From positions 1 through 19,667 of the forward strand of contig JAYTHY010000132.1 in NCBI GenBank assembly GCA_043732185.1: a stretch of 19,667 bases of DNA, written 5' to 3'. Below the pieces are notes generated by a model. The model had not been told where the DNA came from and did no database searches. It was given only the letters and a program-made list of their open reading frames with translations. Shown here one piece after another: positions 8,385 to 18,143 of this stretch. The position numbers and the translations under genes are program-made. Numbering within the stretch: the stretch's first letter is position 1; each line of letters begins with the position of its first letter. Source of the stretch: Fibrobacteria bacterium (GTDB taxonomy: Bacteria; Fibrobacterota; Fibrobacteria; UBA11236).

Positions 8385-8849
8385 ATGCAGAAGGAAATCG
8401 TGGTCGATACCAGCGTCATTCTGGATATTCTCGTAACCTCCCGGCCTGGTCATAAATTTGGCAAACTTATTGGCGTCTATCTTATCGACAATGGTATCAA
8501 AATCAAAGTGCCCATGCACGCCATGTTTGAAATTAAGTCCGGACTGCTACATGCCAAAAAAACAGCCGTCGATCAGGGGGCTTCCCTTAAAATAAACGAA
8601 GATATCAGCGAGTCCACACCCTTGCAATACGATTTCCTTCCTATCGACACTGCCTTCTTTGCAAAATATTTCGATGCGGAATTGCCGTATATCAAGGCCG
8701 GAGATTACATGAACGTGGCCGTGGCCAAAGTGGATGGACTAATTCTTTTGACGGAAGACCCCACGCAGTATACCGCGGCTCTGACCGCTGGCGTTACAGT
8801 CTATACATGCGAGGAGTTTCGGAAAATATGTCTCAACGCACTGCAATGA
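8385..8849 (+). CDS. PIN-domain (VapC-like) nuclease
   Basis: 154 aa. IVVDTSVILD N-terminal strand, AMFEI, KAGDY and LLTED supply the acidic tetrad typical of PIN RNases. Confidence 0.85.
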   Translation: MQKEIVVDTSVILDILVTSRPGHKFGKLIGVYLIDNGIKIKVPMHAMFEIKSGLLHAKKTAVDQGASLKINEDISESTPLQYDFLPIDTAFFAKYFDAELPYIKAGDYMNVAVAKVDGLILLTEDPTQYTAALTAGVTVYTCEEFRKICLNALQ

Positions 8850-8862
8850 CGGGCCGATTCGC

Positions 8863-9069
8863 ATGACCGCGTCTCAAGCCTTTGTCTGGGTCTTTTTCGG
8901 ATTTGTCGGAATGGGCTATTGCTATTCGGGCAAGCGACGCGGGAATGGCCGCCTGTTTCTATGCGGATTGGCGCTGGGCATCTTCCCCTATTTCGTGCAT
9001 GCGATAATTCTTCAATTCTTAATTGGACTAACGCTTACCGCGTATCCTATCGTGTTTCGAAATAGCTAA
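8863..9069 (+). CDS. Small integral membrane protein of unknown function
   Basis: 68 aa with 2-3 hydrophobic segments. The pattern GxxYxYSGK...GLALxxFPYF resembles a recurrent family of small hypothetical membrane proteins. Starts 13 bp after the PIN gene. Confidence 0.7.
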   Translation: MTASQAFVWVFFGFVGMGYCYSGKRRGNGRLFLCGLALGIFPYFVHAIILQFLIGLTLTAYPIVFRNS

Positions 9070-9097
9070 TCGCTATTGGAAATACACACAGGACAGT

Positions 9098-10477
9098 TTA
9101 TGCGTCCAGGGTAGGAGTATCGTCCATCTTGGCTTCCAGCTGAACGGAAATTCCGTTTTTCTTCATCATATCGTATAAAGTGGGGCGCGTAAGGCCGGTA
9201 ACCTTGGCGGCATTGGAGATATTTCCCTTGGCCTGTTTGAGAGCGTTGAGCAAAAAGTTTCGATCGAACATTTGCCTGGCGTCGCGATAGGAAAGCACGG
9301 TAAAGGAGGTTTCCGAAAGCTGCAAGTCGTCGCATTCGATGACCTGCGAGGAACACATGATGGAGGCGCGGTTGAGCTTGTTTTCCAATTCGCGCACGTT
9401 ACCGGGCCAACTATAGTTCAACAGCATTTGTTCCGCCCGCTTGCTCAGTTTGAGACGAGCCTGGTTGAACTTGGTTCGGTTGTTCTCAATGATTTTATCG
9501 GCGATAAGCAGGATGTCGTCTTTCCGATCGCGCAGCGGCGGCAAGGTGATCTCGAATTCGCTTAGGCGATAGTAGAGATCGGTGCGCATGGCGGAATTGT
9601 CCTTGTCGGACAGATTGGTTTTGTTGGTGGCGGCGATGATGCGGACATTCAAAGAACGGAAAGTGGTCTCACCCACGCGTTGCAGTTTTTGATCTTGTAG
9701 AAAGCGTAGCAGCTTGACCTGCAGGGCCATGGGCATGTCGCCGATTTCATCCAAAAAGAGTGTGCCCTTGTGGGCGGATTCAATCAGGCCCATCTTGTCC
9801 GTATTGGCTCCCGTAAATGCGCCGCGCACATATCCGAAAAGCTCAGCCTCAATCAAGCTGGCAGGGATGGATCCGCAATTGATGGGCACAAATATTTCAT
9901 TACGACGCTGGCTGTGGAAATGCACGGCCCGGGCGCAAAGTTCCTTGCCGGTACCGCTTTCACCCGTGATCAAAACGCTCACATCGGTGGCGGCCAATTT
10001 ACGGATATTTTCAAAAATCTTTTTCATCGGCTCGCTGCGGCCAATCATCAGGTCGTCTTTATCGCTCGGGAGGCCACCGGTTTCGGTTTTTTCCGTAACG
10101 GGTTTTTCCAACGTGATCAGTCGGCAGGCCCTGGCGAGAATCACTTTGAGTTCATCGATATCCACTGGCTTGTGCAAATAATCGAATGCGCCCCGCTCAA
10201 TAGCCCGGTTGCCTAGGTCCGCATGCATATTGGAGGTGATGACGATGATTTTGGCCATGCGGTCTTCACTGAGAACGGCATCGATGATTTCCAGACCCCG
10301 TTCCGGTTTGTTCTCAAGACCCATATCCAGACAGATGAGGCCTGGACATTGTTTGCGTAGGTTTTCCAGGCAACCGGCCAGAGTTTCACTTTCAAGAATT
10401 TCATAATCGGCATTGAGAGCCCATTTCATTTGCTCCCGCAGCCCGATATTGTCTTCGACCAGCAACAGTTTGATCAT
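9098..10477 (-). CDS. prsR: PEP-CTERM-box response regulator, sigma-54 enhancer-binding protein (PrsR)
   Basis: Receiver domain (LLLVEDN, LICLDMGL, YLHKP). AAA+ domain with GESGTGKE, GAFTGA, LFLDEIG and WPGNVRELEN. Fis-type HTH (GLTRPTLYDMMKK). Adjacent to prsK and the exosortase locus. Start placed at ATG 10477 (GGGA RBS); ATG 10534 is an alternative. Confidence 0.88.
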   Translation of the reverse strand: MIKLLLVEDNIGLREQMKWALNADYEILESETLAGCLENLRKQCPGLICLDMGLENKPERGLEIIDAVLSEDRMAKIIVITSNMHADLGNRAIERGAFDYLHKPVDIDELKVILARACRLITLEKPVTEKTETGGLPSDKDDLMIGRSEPMKKIFENIRKLAATDVSVLITGESGTGKELCARAVHFHSQRRNEIFVPINCGSIPASLIEAELFGYVRGAFTGANTDKMGLIESAHKGTLFLDEIGDMPMALQVKLLRFLQDQKLQRVGETTFRSLNVRIIAATNKTNLSDKDNSAMRTDLYYRLSEFEITLPPLRDRKDDILLIADKIIENNRTKFNQARLKLSKRAEQMLLNYSWPGNVRELENKLNRASIMCSSQVIECDDLQLSETSFTVLSYRDARQMFDRNFLLNALKQAKGNISNAAKVTGLTRPTLYDMMKKNGISVQLEAKMDDTPTLDA

Positions 10478-10536
10478 GCGCGATCCCGTTTTGAAAGGAG
10501 TGAACTGAAAACGAAGGGAAAGATACTCATCCAAAT

Positions 10537-12717
10537 CTATCCAGCGTCGCTTTTACCCGTCAATAAAATGCAGAATTCCGTGCCCGCACCGGGCTCGCTA
10601 TGGCACAAAATGCGCCCACCCATTTTTTCCACCAGCGTCTTGCATTGATAGAGGCCGATGCCCACACCTTTTTCCTTGGTGGTGGCAAAGGGTTGGAAGA
10701 GCCTGCTGCGCACGAATTCCTTTTCCATGCCCATGCCATTGTCTTCAACCAAAATGTACGCGCCATAGCTGGCGAAAAACCGATCCCCACCGCCGAAGAG
10801 CGTTCGCAAGCGGTCCGGCACCTGCGGGCTTAGCGAGCCGTAGGATAAAGCGATGCGCGTCCTATCGCTTTTGTCCTGCATGGCTTCAAGGGCATTGTTG
10901 ATGAGGTTGCGAACCACAAAAAACAGGGACTTGCGGTCCATGGACACGGCTTCTGCATCTGCCCCGCTAAAGCTGAAGTCCATTCCCGGCAATGCGGACA
11001 AGCCGGAATTGGCAATCACCTCTTCCAACAGTGGACGCAAGGGCGCGAAAGCCAGTTCGAGCACTTCGCGTTTTGGCCCCACGGCCAGCCTGTCGATGAG
11101 GCTTTGCAAATTTACCGCGCAGCTGTTCACGGATGTCAGCATGCTGGCTTGGAAGGACGCGTTGCCGATATTGCGTTCAGCATTTTTAAGCAACAGATTT
11201 AAAGTGGCAATTTGGTTTTTGATGTCATGGATGATGAAGGACGCAATATGGTGGAAAGATTCAAATTGCTTGAGCTCAATACGCTCGTTTAAAACCCGGT
11301 TTTTGAAAAGCACATCTCCAATAGATGTTGTAAAGACGGCGATGAGGTCGAGATCCTCGCTGTCAAAAGCGTCTGCGCGCCCGCCCTGTAAGGCCAGAAA
11401 TCCAACCAACCGGTCTCCGATAAAAATGGGAAAGATAGCGTCGATTTTAAGTTCGGATAACAGCGGCTCTTCCAAGGCTGACTTTCGCCTGGCTTGGCCG
11501 CCAACGTCATTGGCCAGCAGATCCACGGGATGTCCCTCTTGAGACAGCATGCGCGCCAGCGGGCTATCGCCGCTGATGATCAATCCGCGCTGCGTGGACT
11601 CTTCCTTATTTTCATGTTGGTAAAAATTCCCGTCCTGCCAATTCAGAATAAAACAGTAAGCGTCGTCCACGGTAACCGAATACTTCATGTTCTCGACCAG
11701 TTCCGTAAGCGCAGAATCCACGTCGGCTCCCGCCATGGCGGTTTTGTGGAGTCGGAAGAATTGATCCTGATAGTCGTACTTGCGGGAATAAAACTGCTCG
11801 TTTACAAATCGACTGATGCGCTTGCGCATGGTTCCGGATCCCAAGACCAGAACCGCCAGAAAGCACAGTGAAAAGCCCATCAAGAACCGTTCGAAATAGG
11901 AAAAGTCGAGGTGCATCCATTGAAACACGAAAATGGTCAACGCTACGCCAAGAAAAGCCGCTCCCGTCAAAAAAACCGTGGCCGAAGTGTAAACAGTATC
12001 CCGGGGAATGGATATGCGTTCCGAGCCTAGACGATAGCGCAGAAAGCCCGCCAACACCACCGGATAGGTGACTCCATAAAGAACGGAAGAGGCTTCGGCG
12101 AAGTGGGCGGGAAGCACACGATATAAAAGCACATGGGCAAAGTAGAGGAGATGGAAAAGGGACAGACAACCTAGGCCGATAAAGCACAGCCGCGCGATAC
12201 GGCGCTGATAGGCCTTGGAATACCGATAGGTGCTCTCGAGCAGATAGAGCGTATAGATGGCCAGCAAAGCGCGCAGGGTTGGCACGCAAAGGCCCAGGCC
12301 TTCAAAGCGAACCAGAGGGGTGGCCACATCACCTGCAGGTACCAGGTTTCCTGGTATTCCAAGCAAAATGAAACCGGCCACGGCTCCAATAACCGATAGG
12401 GTAAACAAGGAGATCCGCCATCTGCCCCAAGTCCACCCCGGTTCCAGCTCCCCGCCCCGCAAGAAATGCCGCGTCAACTCCAGTAATGCGACGGCGATGA
12501 GCAATCCCAGAATCTGGAGCACCTTTTGATAGTGAAACCAGTCTAGTGGTGAGGCGGAGAAAAGAGCCAGGTAAGAAATCCACAGATGGGCGACAAAAAG
12601 CCCACCTAATCCTAACAGCACCAAGCGCAGGGATTTTTGATAGGATTTGAACTGAACTAGGAAACCGAGGGCCAGATTAAGGGCCGTGCCAACAGTCAAG
12701 AAGGTTAGAATCAACAT
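10537..12717 (-). CDS. prsK: PEP-CTERM system sensor histidine kinase (PrsK)
   Basis: Multi-TM N-terminus, then FYSRKYDYQDQF, a GAF-like region, H-box FIIHDIKNQIA, N-box NLINNALEA, EDNGMGM, LFQPFATTK and GVGIGLYQC. Context with prsR and exosortase. Confidence 0.87.
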   Translation of the reverse strand: MLILTFLTVGTALNLALGFLVQFKSYQKSLRLVLLGLGGLFVAHLWISYLALFSASPLDWFHYQKVLQILGLLIAVALLELTRHFLRGGELEPGWTWGRWRISLFTLSVIGAVAGFILLGIPGNLVPAGDVATPLVRFEGLGLCVPTLRALLAIYTLYLLESTYRYSKAYQRRIARLCFIGLGCLSLFHLLYFAHVLLYRVLPAHFAEASSVLYGVTYPVVLAGFLRYRLGSERISIPRDTVYTSATVFLTGAAFLGVALTIFVFQWMHLDFSYFERFLMGFSLCFLAVLVLGSGTMRKRISRFVNEQFYSRKYDYQDQFFRLHKTAMAGADVDSALTELVENMKYSVTVDDAYCFILNWQDGNFYQHENKEESTQRGLIISGDSPLARMLSQEGHPVDLLANDVGGQARRKSALEEPLLSELKIDAIFPIFIGDRLVGFLALQGGRADAFDSEDLDLIAVFTTSIGDVLFKNRVLNERIELKQFESFHHIASFIIHDIKNQIATLNLLLKNAERNIGNASFQASMLTSVNSCAVNLQSLIDRLAVGPKREVLELAFAPLRPLLEEVIANSGLSALPGMDFSFSGADAEAVSMDRKSLFFVVRNLINNALEAMQDKSDRTRIALSYGSLSPQVPDRLRTLFGGGDRFFASYGAYILVEDNGMGMEKEFVRSRLFQPFATTKEKGVGIGLYQCKTLVEKMGGRILCHSEPGAGTEFCILLTGKSDAG

Positions 12718-12723
12718 GGAAGT

Positions 12724-15270
12724 TTAGGCTGACGGCATTTCGTTCTTGCCGGGCCCATAGTAATAGGAATATTGCGTGTAACGGTTCTGGATGAAAGGTG
12801 AGGACTTGAGCCCATTGAGCACGGCCGCCACTTTAACACCGCGCTCCTCCAATATTTTTACCGCTTCCAACGAATCACTGATGGACGTGTTTCCGGAGCG
12901 GCAAATATAAATGACCCCGTCTGTGACTTCCGCCAAGGAGAGCGGCTCGGGCGTAATCATAACCGGTGGCGTATCGATGAGAACAATATCGAATTGCTCC
13001 CGGGCCAAACGGATAAAGGCTTTAAATCGATCGGAGCTGACCATTTCACCGGCATTGGGATTGAATTTTTTCCTCGGAACCACAACTAGATTCCGCTGCA
13101 TGGTGGGCTGAAAACACAGGGTGACGGTTTCCATGAATTGCTCATCACTCAAATCCGTTTGGCTTAAAAGTTCATCCAGTCCCGTGGTTCCCGGTAAATT
13201 AAAGACCTTATCCACCCGGCCTAACCGGAAGTCCGCGTCCACCAACAGAGTCCGTTTTCCCTTGCGGGCAAAGGTCATGGCCAGATTGCTGGTAATGATG
13301 GTTTTGCCTTCGCTAGGCTGGGTGGAGGTGACCATGAGGCAGCATTTCCCTGCCCGGGTATTGCGGAAAAAGTTTTCCGCTTCTTCGCGTATCACGCGAA
13401 AGGCTTCCAAATCTTCTACACGATAGGCTTTACCGTAAAACAACAACAAGGGATCGGGCGGCAATGCAGGAGGCTGGGCATTAAGGTCCGCCACCGGCTG
13501 CTGCTCCACTTCGGCCTCTCCCTCCGAATTTTTCTTGGCATGGCGCGGATTTTTTTGGGGTGCCTTGGTTTTCTTGTCTTTAATTTTTGCGTTGGCATTA
13601 GGGTTGAAAGCGATGGCGCCGAGCACTTTCATTTCCAATAAATTACTGATGTCTTCTTTGGTCCACACCTTGAGAAAGAAAACATGCCAAAGCAATAATA
13701 AGGCCGGCACAAGAATCGACAAAATCAATTGTGCAGCGGCCGCAATTAATAGTCGCGTCCAGAGGGTTGGTTTTTTATAAATGGCAGGCCGAGCCGGATC
13801 CACCACTGTCACCTTGAAAAATTCCGAACCCGTCATAAGCTTGGCCCGATTGTAACTCTCTAGAAGATGGTCATAGATTTGCTGGCTTTGAGAGTTGATT
13901 TGGGTCAATCGTTCCAGCTCCAATTGCAGTTTCACAGGAACCTGCGCAACCCGAGTAGGGGCAGAGTGCGAAGCGCGAACCCGCGCATCTCCCAAATCCT
14001 TTTCCAATTTTTGCGTCAGCGATGCCACCACTTTATCAATTTGTGCATAGAGGGTGTCTCTTTGCAATGCCAACTCCGCCACCTTTGGATGTTCCGGACC
14101 CAAAGTGCTTTTATAAGTCGTCGACTTGGCATTCAGAGTCGATAAAGTGCCACGCAAAATAACAGCCTTGGGTTCATTGGCCTGCATCATGGTTTGAACC
14201 ATTTCCGCGCCCCAGTAAAAAAGCTCGTCTTCCGATCCACCAATCGGTTTTGCTTGCGAAACGCTTTTGATCTGCTGGAGGGTTTTACTAATCCTATCCA
14301 ATTCCTGCCGCGATTCCAGGTAGGTGAGATTGTCTCCCGGTTCAGGAGCGGTTTGACTGCGCATCAATTCTGGATGCACCTCGTAGAAATTGGAGACATC
14401 GGCCTGGCTTACATCGAGTTTTTTCTTGGCTACATCCAAATCCTTTTCCATCTGAACCAAGATTCCCACGTCTTGCACTTCGGTAGTGCCGTAATAGACT
14501 TCCAGGAACTGGGCCCGAAGGGAATTGAGGATTTCTGCAATAAAATCCGGATCGCGATCCTTTAGTTTTACTTCAAGATTGTTGCTGCCCAAAGATCGGA
14601 CCTTGGTCGCATCGCGGAAACCCTCCACCGTCTCTTCGATGGACAGAAATTCCATTTCCAGTTTGAGCCCAGGATGCTCCTGAAACACGCCCTCATTTAA
14701 CACCAATTCCAATCCATTGATGCTGATGCGATTATCAGCCGGGATTGGGCCTTTGAAAAGGTTGTACTCTCCGTTAGCCTCCTTGGGCTTGTAAGTCAGC
14801 GTGGCTTGCCGACTCCCTTTTTCGATTTGCAGAACATACTGTCCTTGTCCCAGGTCTTCGCTATACGTAACGCTTTTAAAAACTTTTTTCTGGAAAACAT
14901 CATGCGTGGTTATGCGCATACGCAAGCTGAGTTTCCGGATGGTGGCTTCCAAAACCTGCCAGCTATTGATGATCCCCAGAATACTTTCTCGCTGGGTAAT
15001 GGCCACGTCGCGCATAACATTGGTTTGAGCGCCTACCACATTTGGAAAACGAAGCACTGTGGTAGCTGAGTAGGAACGGGGAATATCGAAAATGGAGAGC
15101 AACACACCGGAAGGAATTGCCAACAGGAGCCATACTAACAGCACTAGCCATTTCTTTAGCCAGAAAATATGTAACAACGTGGATACCGAAGGGATTTTTG
15201 GCCCTGCAGCACGCGTTTCCCCAGACGTTTCGCGAGCGTTTCTACTTCTATTGGTTTCGTTTAGAGTCAC
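12724..15270 (-). CDS. wzc: Polysaccharide co-polymerase / BY tyrosine autokinase (Wzc/GumC family)
   Basis: Two TM segments around a coiled-coil periplasmic domain (GPEHPKV, VVDPARP). Walker A TSTQPSEGKT, A' LLVDADFR, Walker B VLIDTPP. C-terminal Tyr cluster YTQYSYYY. GTG start. Confidence 0.92.
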   Translation of the reverse strand: MTLNETNRSRNARETSGETRAAGPKIPSVSTLLHIFWLKKWLVLLVWLLLAIPSGVLLSIFDIPRSYSATTVLRFPNVVGAQTNVMRDVAITQRESILGIINSWQVLEATIRKLSLRMRITTHDVFQKKVFKSVTYSEDLGQGQYVLQIEKGSRQATLTYKPKEANGEYNLFKGPIPADNRISINGLELVLNEGVFQEHPGLKLEMEFLSIEETVEGFRDATKVRSLGSNNLEVKLKDRDPDFIAEILNSLRAQFLEVYYGTTEVQDVGILVQMEKDLDVAKKKLDVSQADVSNFYEVHPELMRSQTAPEPGDNLTYLESRQELDRISKTLQQIKSVSQAKPIGGSEDELFYWGAEMVQTMMQANEPKAVILRGTLSTLNAKSTTYKSTLGPEHPKVAELALQRDTLYAQIDKVVASLTQKLEKDLGDARVRASHSAPTRVAQVPVKLQLELERLTQINSQSQQIYDHLLESYNRAKLMTGSEFFKVTVVDPARPAIYKKPTLWTRLLIAAAAQLILSILVPALLLLWHVFFLKVWTKEDISNLLEMKVLGAIAFNPNANAKIKDKKTKAPQKNPRHAKKNSEGEAEVEQQPVADLNAQPPALPPDPLLLFYGKAYRVEDLEAFRVIREEAENFFRNTRAGKCCLMVTSTQPSEGKTIITSNLAMTFARKGKRTLLVDADFRLGRVDKVFNLPGTTGLDELLSQTDLSDEQFMETVTLCFQPTMQRNLVVVPRKKFNPNAGEMVSSDRFKAFIRLAREQFDIVLIDTPPVMITPEPLSLAEVTDGVIYICRSGNTSISDSLEAVKILEERGVKVAAVLNGLKSSPFIQNRYTQYSYYYGPGKNEMPSA

Positions 15271-15276
15271 AATGGC

Positions 15277-15304
15277 TTGCCGGATGATAAGTTATTATTA
15301 AAAT
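15277..15304 (+). promoter_or_regulatory. Possible sigma-70 promoter for the TPR-exosortase-epsI genes in the divergent spacer
   Basis: TTGCCG (15277-15282), 16 nt spacer, TAAAAT (15299-15304) within the AT-rich 101-bp intergenic region. Confidence 0.3.
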
Positions 15305-15371
15305 TTAACTCTTTTCTAAGAATTTCGGCCTCACACTCGGTTTTGGAAACCTACAAACGACAAGCAGCCCC

Positions 15372-17288
15372 ATGAAAAAAATAATCCTCATCGCAATAGC
15401 CCTTCTTGTGACAGCCGGCGGTGCCTTTATAGTCCGGCAAAACCTTCCGTCCAAACGCTATGCGCGGCATCTGACCAAAGCGCGCCTGTTTGTGCGGGAA
15501 CAGAATTATACCGCCGCTCGCCTTGAATATGAGTTGGCCTTCAATGCCAAGGATGGCTTTACCCCATATGCCGATTTGGAAGTGCTCAACTTCACCAATG
15601 CCGTGAATCAGCAGGAAAAACACCTGGACCAGGCCATCGCCAATACCAAAAAATTCTTAGATGCCAATCCCCATAGCAAAGACGGGATGATCATCCTTTC
15701 TCAACTGGCTTTTAAAGGCGGGGACTTTGAAACCGCATTCAATGCCGTACACAAGGCAGTGGAAGAAGATCCCAATTACTTCCCGGCCCGTCTACTATTG
15801 ACCCAGGTGCGCACTAAACAAGGTCGATTGGACTTGGCGGAAGAACAGCTGCGCTACCTCTACAAGGCCTATCCCGAATCCGTTTTGACGCTTCTTCCCT
15901 TATCGGAAAACATGCTGCGTCAGGGCCGAGTTAAGGAAGCCCGGACCTATATCGATGCAGCCTTAAAAAGCCATCCCGCCAATTCTTCCGCCCGCTTGAT
16001 GCTGCTCGACAGCTACCTGATGGAAGGCAATGCTGATTCGGCACAGGCGGTTCTCGATGCTTGGCAAAAAGCCGATCCCAACTTGGCCCTGGCTACCCAA
16101 GTGCGCAAGGCTCAAATCAAATCCATGCTCGGCAAATACCCGGAGGCGGAAGAGATTCTGGCGCCATACTTGCAGCCCAAGGAAGAAAATCTGGTTGCCT
16201 ATTTTGAAATGGCCATGGTCAAGGCCAAGGAAGGCCGATATGATTCGGCGGTCAAACTCTATAATAATATGGTGGAAATCAGCCCGGCCAACGCAGCCCA
16301 GCCCACCATGCTCACTGTGTATCTCAATTTGAAGGGTCAAAATCCCGCCAAGTCTTTGGAAGCCATTAAGGGTTTGCAAATTGGAAACAAAGGCGGGGAG
16401 CTGCCGACTTTGACGGCTGTGGCCTACATGGCATTGGGTCAAGATGCCAAACTGACGACGCTTATCAAGGAACAACCGGATTCACTGAAAGCGGGGATGC
16501 AAGCCTTTCTCAGCCAACTGGAACAGGACAAGGAATATCTTGGTCAATGGGCATTGGTCAATTATTATACCGTGCTGCGCCAGCCCAAGTCTGCGGGTAA
16601 AGCGATAGAAGAACTGCATACCAAATGGCCCAAGAATGCTCTCGCGACCACGCTTTGGGCCGGACAATTAGCTACCCAAGGTCAATTTGCAGCAGCGGGC
16701 AAATTGTTGGAAACGGTTCCTGCCCTCACCTTTCCGCAGCAGGCCACGCTTCTCAGCTTTTTTGTTAAGGCTGGCCTAAAGGACAAAATTCTAGCGCTTG
16801 GCAATAAGCTGCTACAAGAACGGCCCAAGCAGCGCGGCCTCAATCTGTTCCTGGCGGATTTCTACACCTCGCAAAAGGACAAGGCCAAAGCCAACGAGTA
16901 TTACGAAAAAGAACTGGCCATCGATCCCAATAGCCTTATCGCGCTCAACAATCTGGCCTGGGAATACGGTATTGTGCAGGGGAACTTGGAAAAAGCGATG
17001 CCTTATCTCGATAAGCTTAAAACTCAAGACATGCTCGACCCGCGCATACTCGACACCATCGGTTGGATCCTGGCAAAAAACAGCAAAAATGAAGAAGCTG
17101 TGAAGTATTTCCACACCGCCCTGAACTTGGTCCCCGATCACCCCGGCTTCAATTATCACATGGCCTTTTTGATGAACCAGATGGGGAAGAAAACGGAAGC
17201 CAAAAAGTATCTGAATGTGGCATTGGCCTCCAAGCTTTACTTTTCGGAACGGAAAGACGCCGAAAAACTTCAAGCAGAGCTGGGCTAA
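15372..17288 (+). CDS. Membrane-anchored tetratricopeptide repeat protein, PrsT-like
   Basis: 638 aa of TPR helices. The C-terminal ALNNLAW...ILDTIGWIL...YHMA is typical of PrsT-type proteins. N-terminal hydrophobic anchor without Cys. Ends 3 bp before the exosortase gene. Confidence 0.85.
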   Translation: MKKIILIAIALLVTAGGAFIVRQNLPSKRYARHLTKARLFVREQNYTAARLEYELAFNAKDGFTPYADLEVLNFTNAVNQQEKHLDQAIANTKKFLDANPHSKDGMIILSQLAFKGGDFETAFNAVHKAVEEDPNYFPARLLLTQVRTKQGRLDLAEEQLRYLYKAYPESVLTLLPLSENMLRQGRVKEARTYIDAALKSHPANSSARLMLLDSYLMEGNADSAQAVLDAWQKADPNLALATQVRKAQIKSMLGKYPEAEEILAPYLQPKEENLVAYFEMAMVKAKEGRYDSAVKLYNNMVEISPANAAQPTMLTVYLNLKGQNPAKSLEAIKGLQIGNKGGELPTLTAVAYMALGQDAKLTTLIKEQPDSLKAGMQAFLSQLEQDKEYLGQWALVNYYTVLRQPKSAGKAIEELHTKWPKNALATTLWAGQLATQGQFAAAGKLLETVPALTFPQQATLLSFFVKAGLKDKILALGNKLLQERPKQRGLNLFLADFYTSQKDKAKANEYYEKELAIDPNSLIALNNLAWEYGIVQGNLEKAMPYLDKLKTQDMLDPRILDTIGWILAKNSKNEEAVKYFHTALNLVPDHPGFNYHMAFLMNQMGKKTEAKKYLNVALASKLYFSERKDAEKLQAELG

Positions 17289-17291
17289 AAG

Positions 17292-18143
17292 ATGACTGGA
17301 AACTCCATCCTGGTCGCCATGCTAGCCTTAGTGGGCTGGAATTATTGGCCCACCTTAAAGTGGATGGAGATGCGCTGGGACGAGCCGGAGTCCTATATGA
17401 CCCACGGCTGGCTCATTCCCTTTGTCACCGTATGGCTCCTATGGATGGAACGCGAGAGAATAAAAGCGGCCCCCGCTTCCCCTTCTCGCCTCGGTTTTTT
17501 TCTGATCGCCGGTGCCTTGCTTTTTCACATCGTGGCCGGACTTGCCGATGTGTCCTCGATTTCAGGACTGACGGTAATTCCCGTGCTACTCGGCATAGTC
17601 TTGCTGCGCTATGGCATGCCCACTTTTAAAATCGTGTGGTTCCCGATCTTTTTTCTCATCTTCATGGTGCCGCCGCCGGAGTTCATCATCAGCACCATGA
17701 ACTTTGCGCTAAAACTTAAAGCTGCAGACTTGGCCACCTTTCTGCTCGACGCCACCGGTCTACCGTCCATACGCCAAGGCTCCTTCATGATGTTCGGTGA
17801 AGAAAAGCTGGCCATCGGCGACGTATGCTCGGGACTGCGGAGCTTGTTGTCTTTACTCTCCTTGAGCGTGCTCTATGCGTACCTCATCCGTGATAAAGGC
17901 AAGGCCCATGTGATTGGCATTCTACTCACCGGCATTCCCGCCGCCATTATCGGAAATGGAATTCGCATTTTCATGGTCGCGTATCTGGTGACCTGGTTTG
18001 GTACAAAAACCGTTTTCAAACCCATCATCGGAACTTGGGATCTGCACCTGTTTACCGGAGCCATTATTTTTGTAGCTGCCTTCGGCTGTCTGTATCTGGT
18101 CAACTTTATCCTCGATCGCGTTTCGCAAAGTAAGGCATTATGA
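17292..18143 (+). CDS. xrt: Exosortase (EpsH/Xrt family)
   Basis: 283 aa multi-TM protein. YMTHGWLIP and FMVPPP motifs. Catalytic Cys (DVCSGLRS), Arg (GNGIRI) and His (LHLFTG). Confidence 0.93.
   Translation: MTGNSILVAMLALVGWNYWPTLKWMEMRWDEPESYMTHGWLIPFVTVWLLWMERERIKAAPASPSRLGFFLIAGALLFHIVAGLADVSSISGLTVIPVLLGIVLLRYGMPTFKIVWFPIFFLIFMVPPPEFIISTMNFALKLKAADLATFLLDATGLPSIRQGSFMMFGEEKLAIGDVCSGLRSLLSLLSLSVLYAYLIRDKGKAHVIGILLTGIPAAIIGNGIRIFMVAYLVTWFGTKTVFKPIIGTWDLHLFTGAIIFVAAFGCLYLVNFILDRVSQSKAL

Noticed and set aside
8385..9097. PIN and small membrane genes as stray integron cassettes
   Set aside because: No RYYYAAC...GTTRRRY attC structure follows either gene, and they lie on the wrong side of intI.
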